Below, one piece after another: positions 63,082-64,000 of a DNA stretch of 64,000 nt. Location of the stretch: the sequence record LR756511.1, one strand, 5' to 3'. Under the pieces are notes generated by a model. It searched no databases. It was not told the DNA's origin and saw only the letters and a list, made by a program, of their open reading frames with translations. Position 1 is the stretch's first letter. Each line of letters opens with the position of its first letter. Position numbers and translations under genes: made by a program.

Positions 63082-63900
63082 TTACACCTTTAAATTTACA
63101 GCATTGTAGTTGCTGAATGGCGATACGGTGCCAACGGTTGTCGAACCGACATGCACATTCAAACTCTGCGGCGCATTCATTAAGTGGTTAACGCTTAGGT
63201 CAACGTTGCCAACCACGCCAACGTTAGGCAAAGCACCGCTGTCCTCTTTAGTAAAGTCAGCAAGACAAGCAGAATCCGCACTATAAACATTTGATGATGC
63301 TACCAATCCTTCTGTGCGGCACTTGTAGTAACCATCTAGGCACTTACGGTTTCTCTGCATACCGCGAGTTGCCATTTCCGACGAAGCGTTAGACCACAAG
63401 GCCATGTTTGCAATCGGAATGTTGGTTTCCGCAGCAACCTTCTCGATTTCCTTCTTGTCGCAACCCATGTAAGTGAACGTCCACTTACCTGTGTCCTGAC
63501 ATTCTTTAATCAAACCGTTAATACGGTTCTTGTAGTGCTTGGAAGCGTTTTCCGCACCATCGGAAACAATCACCATCAAATAAGCGGTGTTTTCGTCTGC
63601 TTCCGTTGTCTTCTTTAGCTTGGAAATCGCATACCCAATCGCATCATGCATTGCGGTTGAGCCTTCGGTCAAATAATCCTCAGCAGACGCTTCATTAAGC
63701 TCGTCGGCTGGAACACACCATTGGTGTTCAAATACATCACCATTGAAGGTGATTAAAGAACAGAAAATATCCTGTTCCTTGGAATTAATCTTCATTTGCT
63801 GCACTTGTTCATTATAGCCTTGTACAGCTTCGGCTTTTGTGCCAAACATTGATCCAGATTGATCGAGAATCAGTGTTACGTAGGTCTTTGGCTTGCTCAT
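63082..63900 (-). CDS. vWA-domain protein
   Basis: ILDQSGSM, GSTAMHDAIG, IVSDGAEN; AAGGA RBS before 63900. Confidence 0.85.
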   Translation of the reverse strand: MSKPKTYVTLILDQSGSMFGTKAEAVQGYNEQVQQMKINSKEQDIFCSLITFNGDVFEHQWCVPADELNEASAEDYLTEGSTAMHDAIGYAISKLKKTTEADENTAYLMVIVSDGAENASKHYKNRINGLIKECQDTGKWTFTYMGCDKKEIEKVAAETNIPIANMALWSNASSEMATRGMQRNRKCLDGYYKCRTEGLVASSNVYSADSACLADFTKEDSGALPNVGVVGNVDLSVNHLMNAPQSLNVHVGSTTVGTVSPFSNYNAVNLKV

Positions 63901-63948
63901 CTTATTATCCTTCTTCTTGAGTTTCTTTGCTTTCATGTTTTTCACCTT

Positions 63949-63985
63949 AAAAAAGAAGGGCGCTAGGCACACACCTAGCGCCCTT
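63949..63985 (-). terminator. Intrinsic terminator
   Basis: AAGGGCGCTAGG-N6-CCTAGCGCCCTT followed by CTTTTTT. Confidence 0.75.
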
Positions 63986-64000
63986 GGTTAATTATTTTGG

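Noticed and set aside
1-64000. Eukaryotic giant virus or bacterial chromosome origin
   Set aside because: SD sites, sigma70 promoters, intrinsic terminators and T4-like neck/tail genes indicate a bacteriophage; no host housekeeping operons are present.

Overview
64 kb of a large T4-like/jumbo myophage genome (standard genetic code). Motifs point to neck gp13/gp14, tail terminator gp15, two gp19 tail tubes, gp26-like chaperone, gp46/47 nuclease, a late sigma factor, two-intein RNR, CTP synthase and more than 12 proteins with T4-type capsid-targeting N-termini. Host is possibly a planctomycete (exported c-type cytochromes, McsA). Main findings: (1) 11 class II tRNA genes (5 Leu, 4 Ser, 2 Tyr) sit behind a promoter, an unannotated 27-aa Ser/Leu/Tyr-rich leader peptide and an intrinsic terminator. 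This looks like a ribosome-mediated attenuator that senses the tRNAs it controls. (2) tRNAs abut ORFs like punctuation marks, and two spacers look like structured RNAs. (3) A 4.4-kb serine-recombinase/Dam/MutH-like element, bounded by a 13-bp direct repeat, is integrated in the phage UDG gene and supplies a replacement 5' end. (4) An exported cytochrome c/protease operon. (5) A candidate -1 frameshift in the tail chaperone. All family assignments are from motif recognition; no database searches were run.
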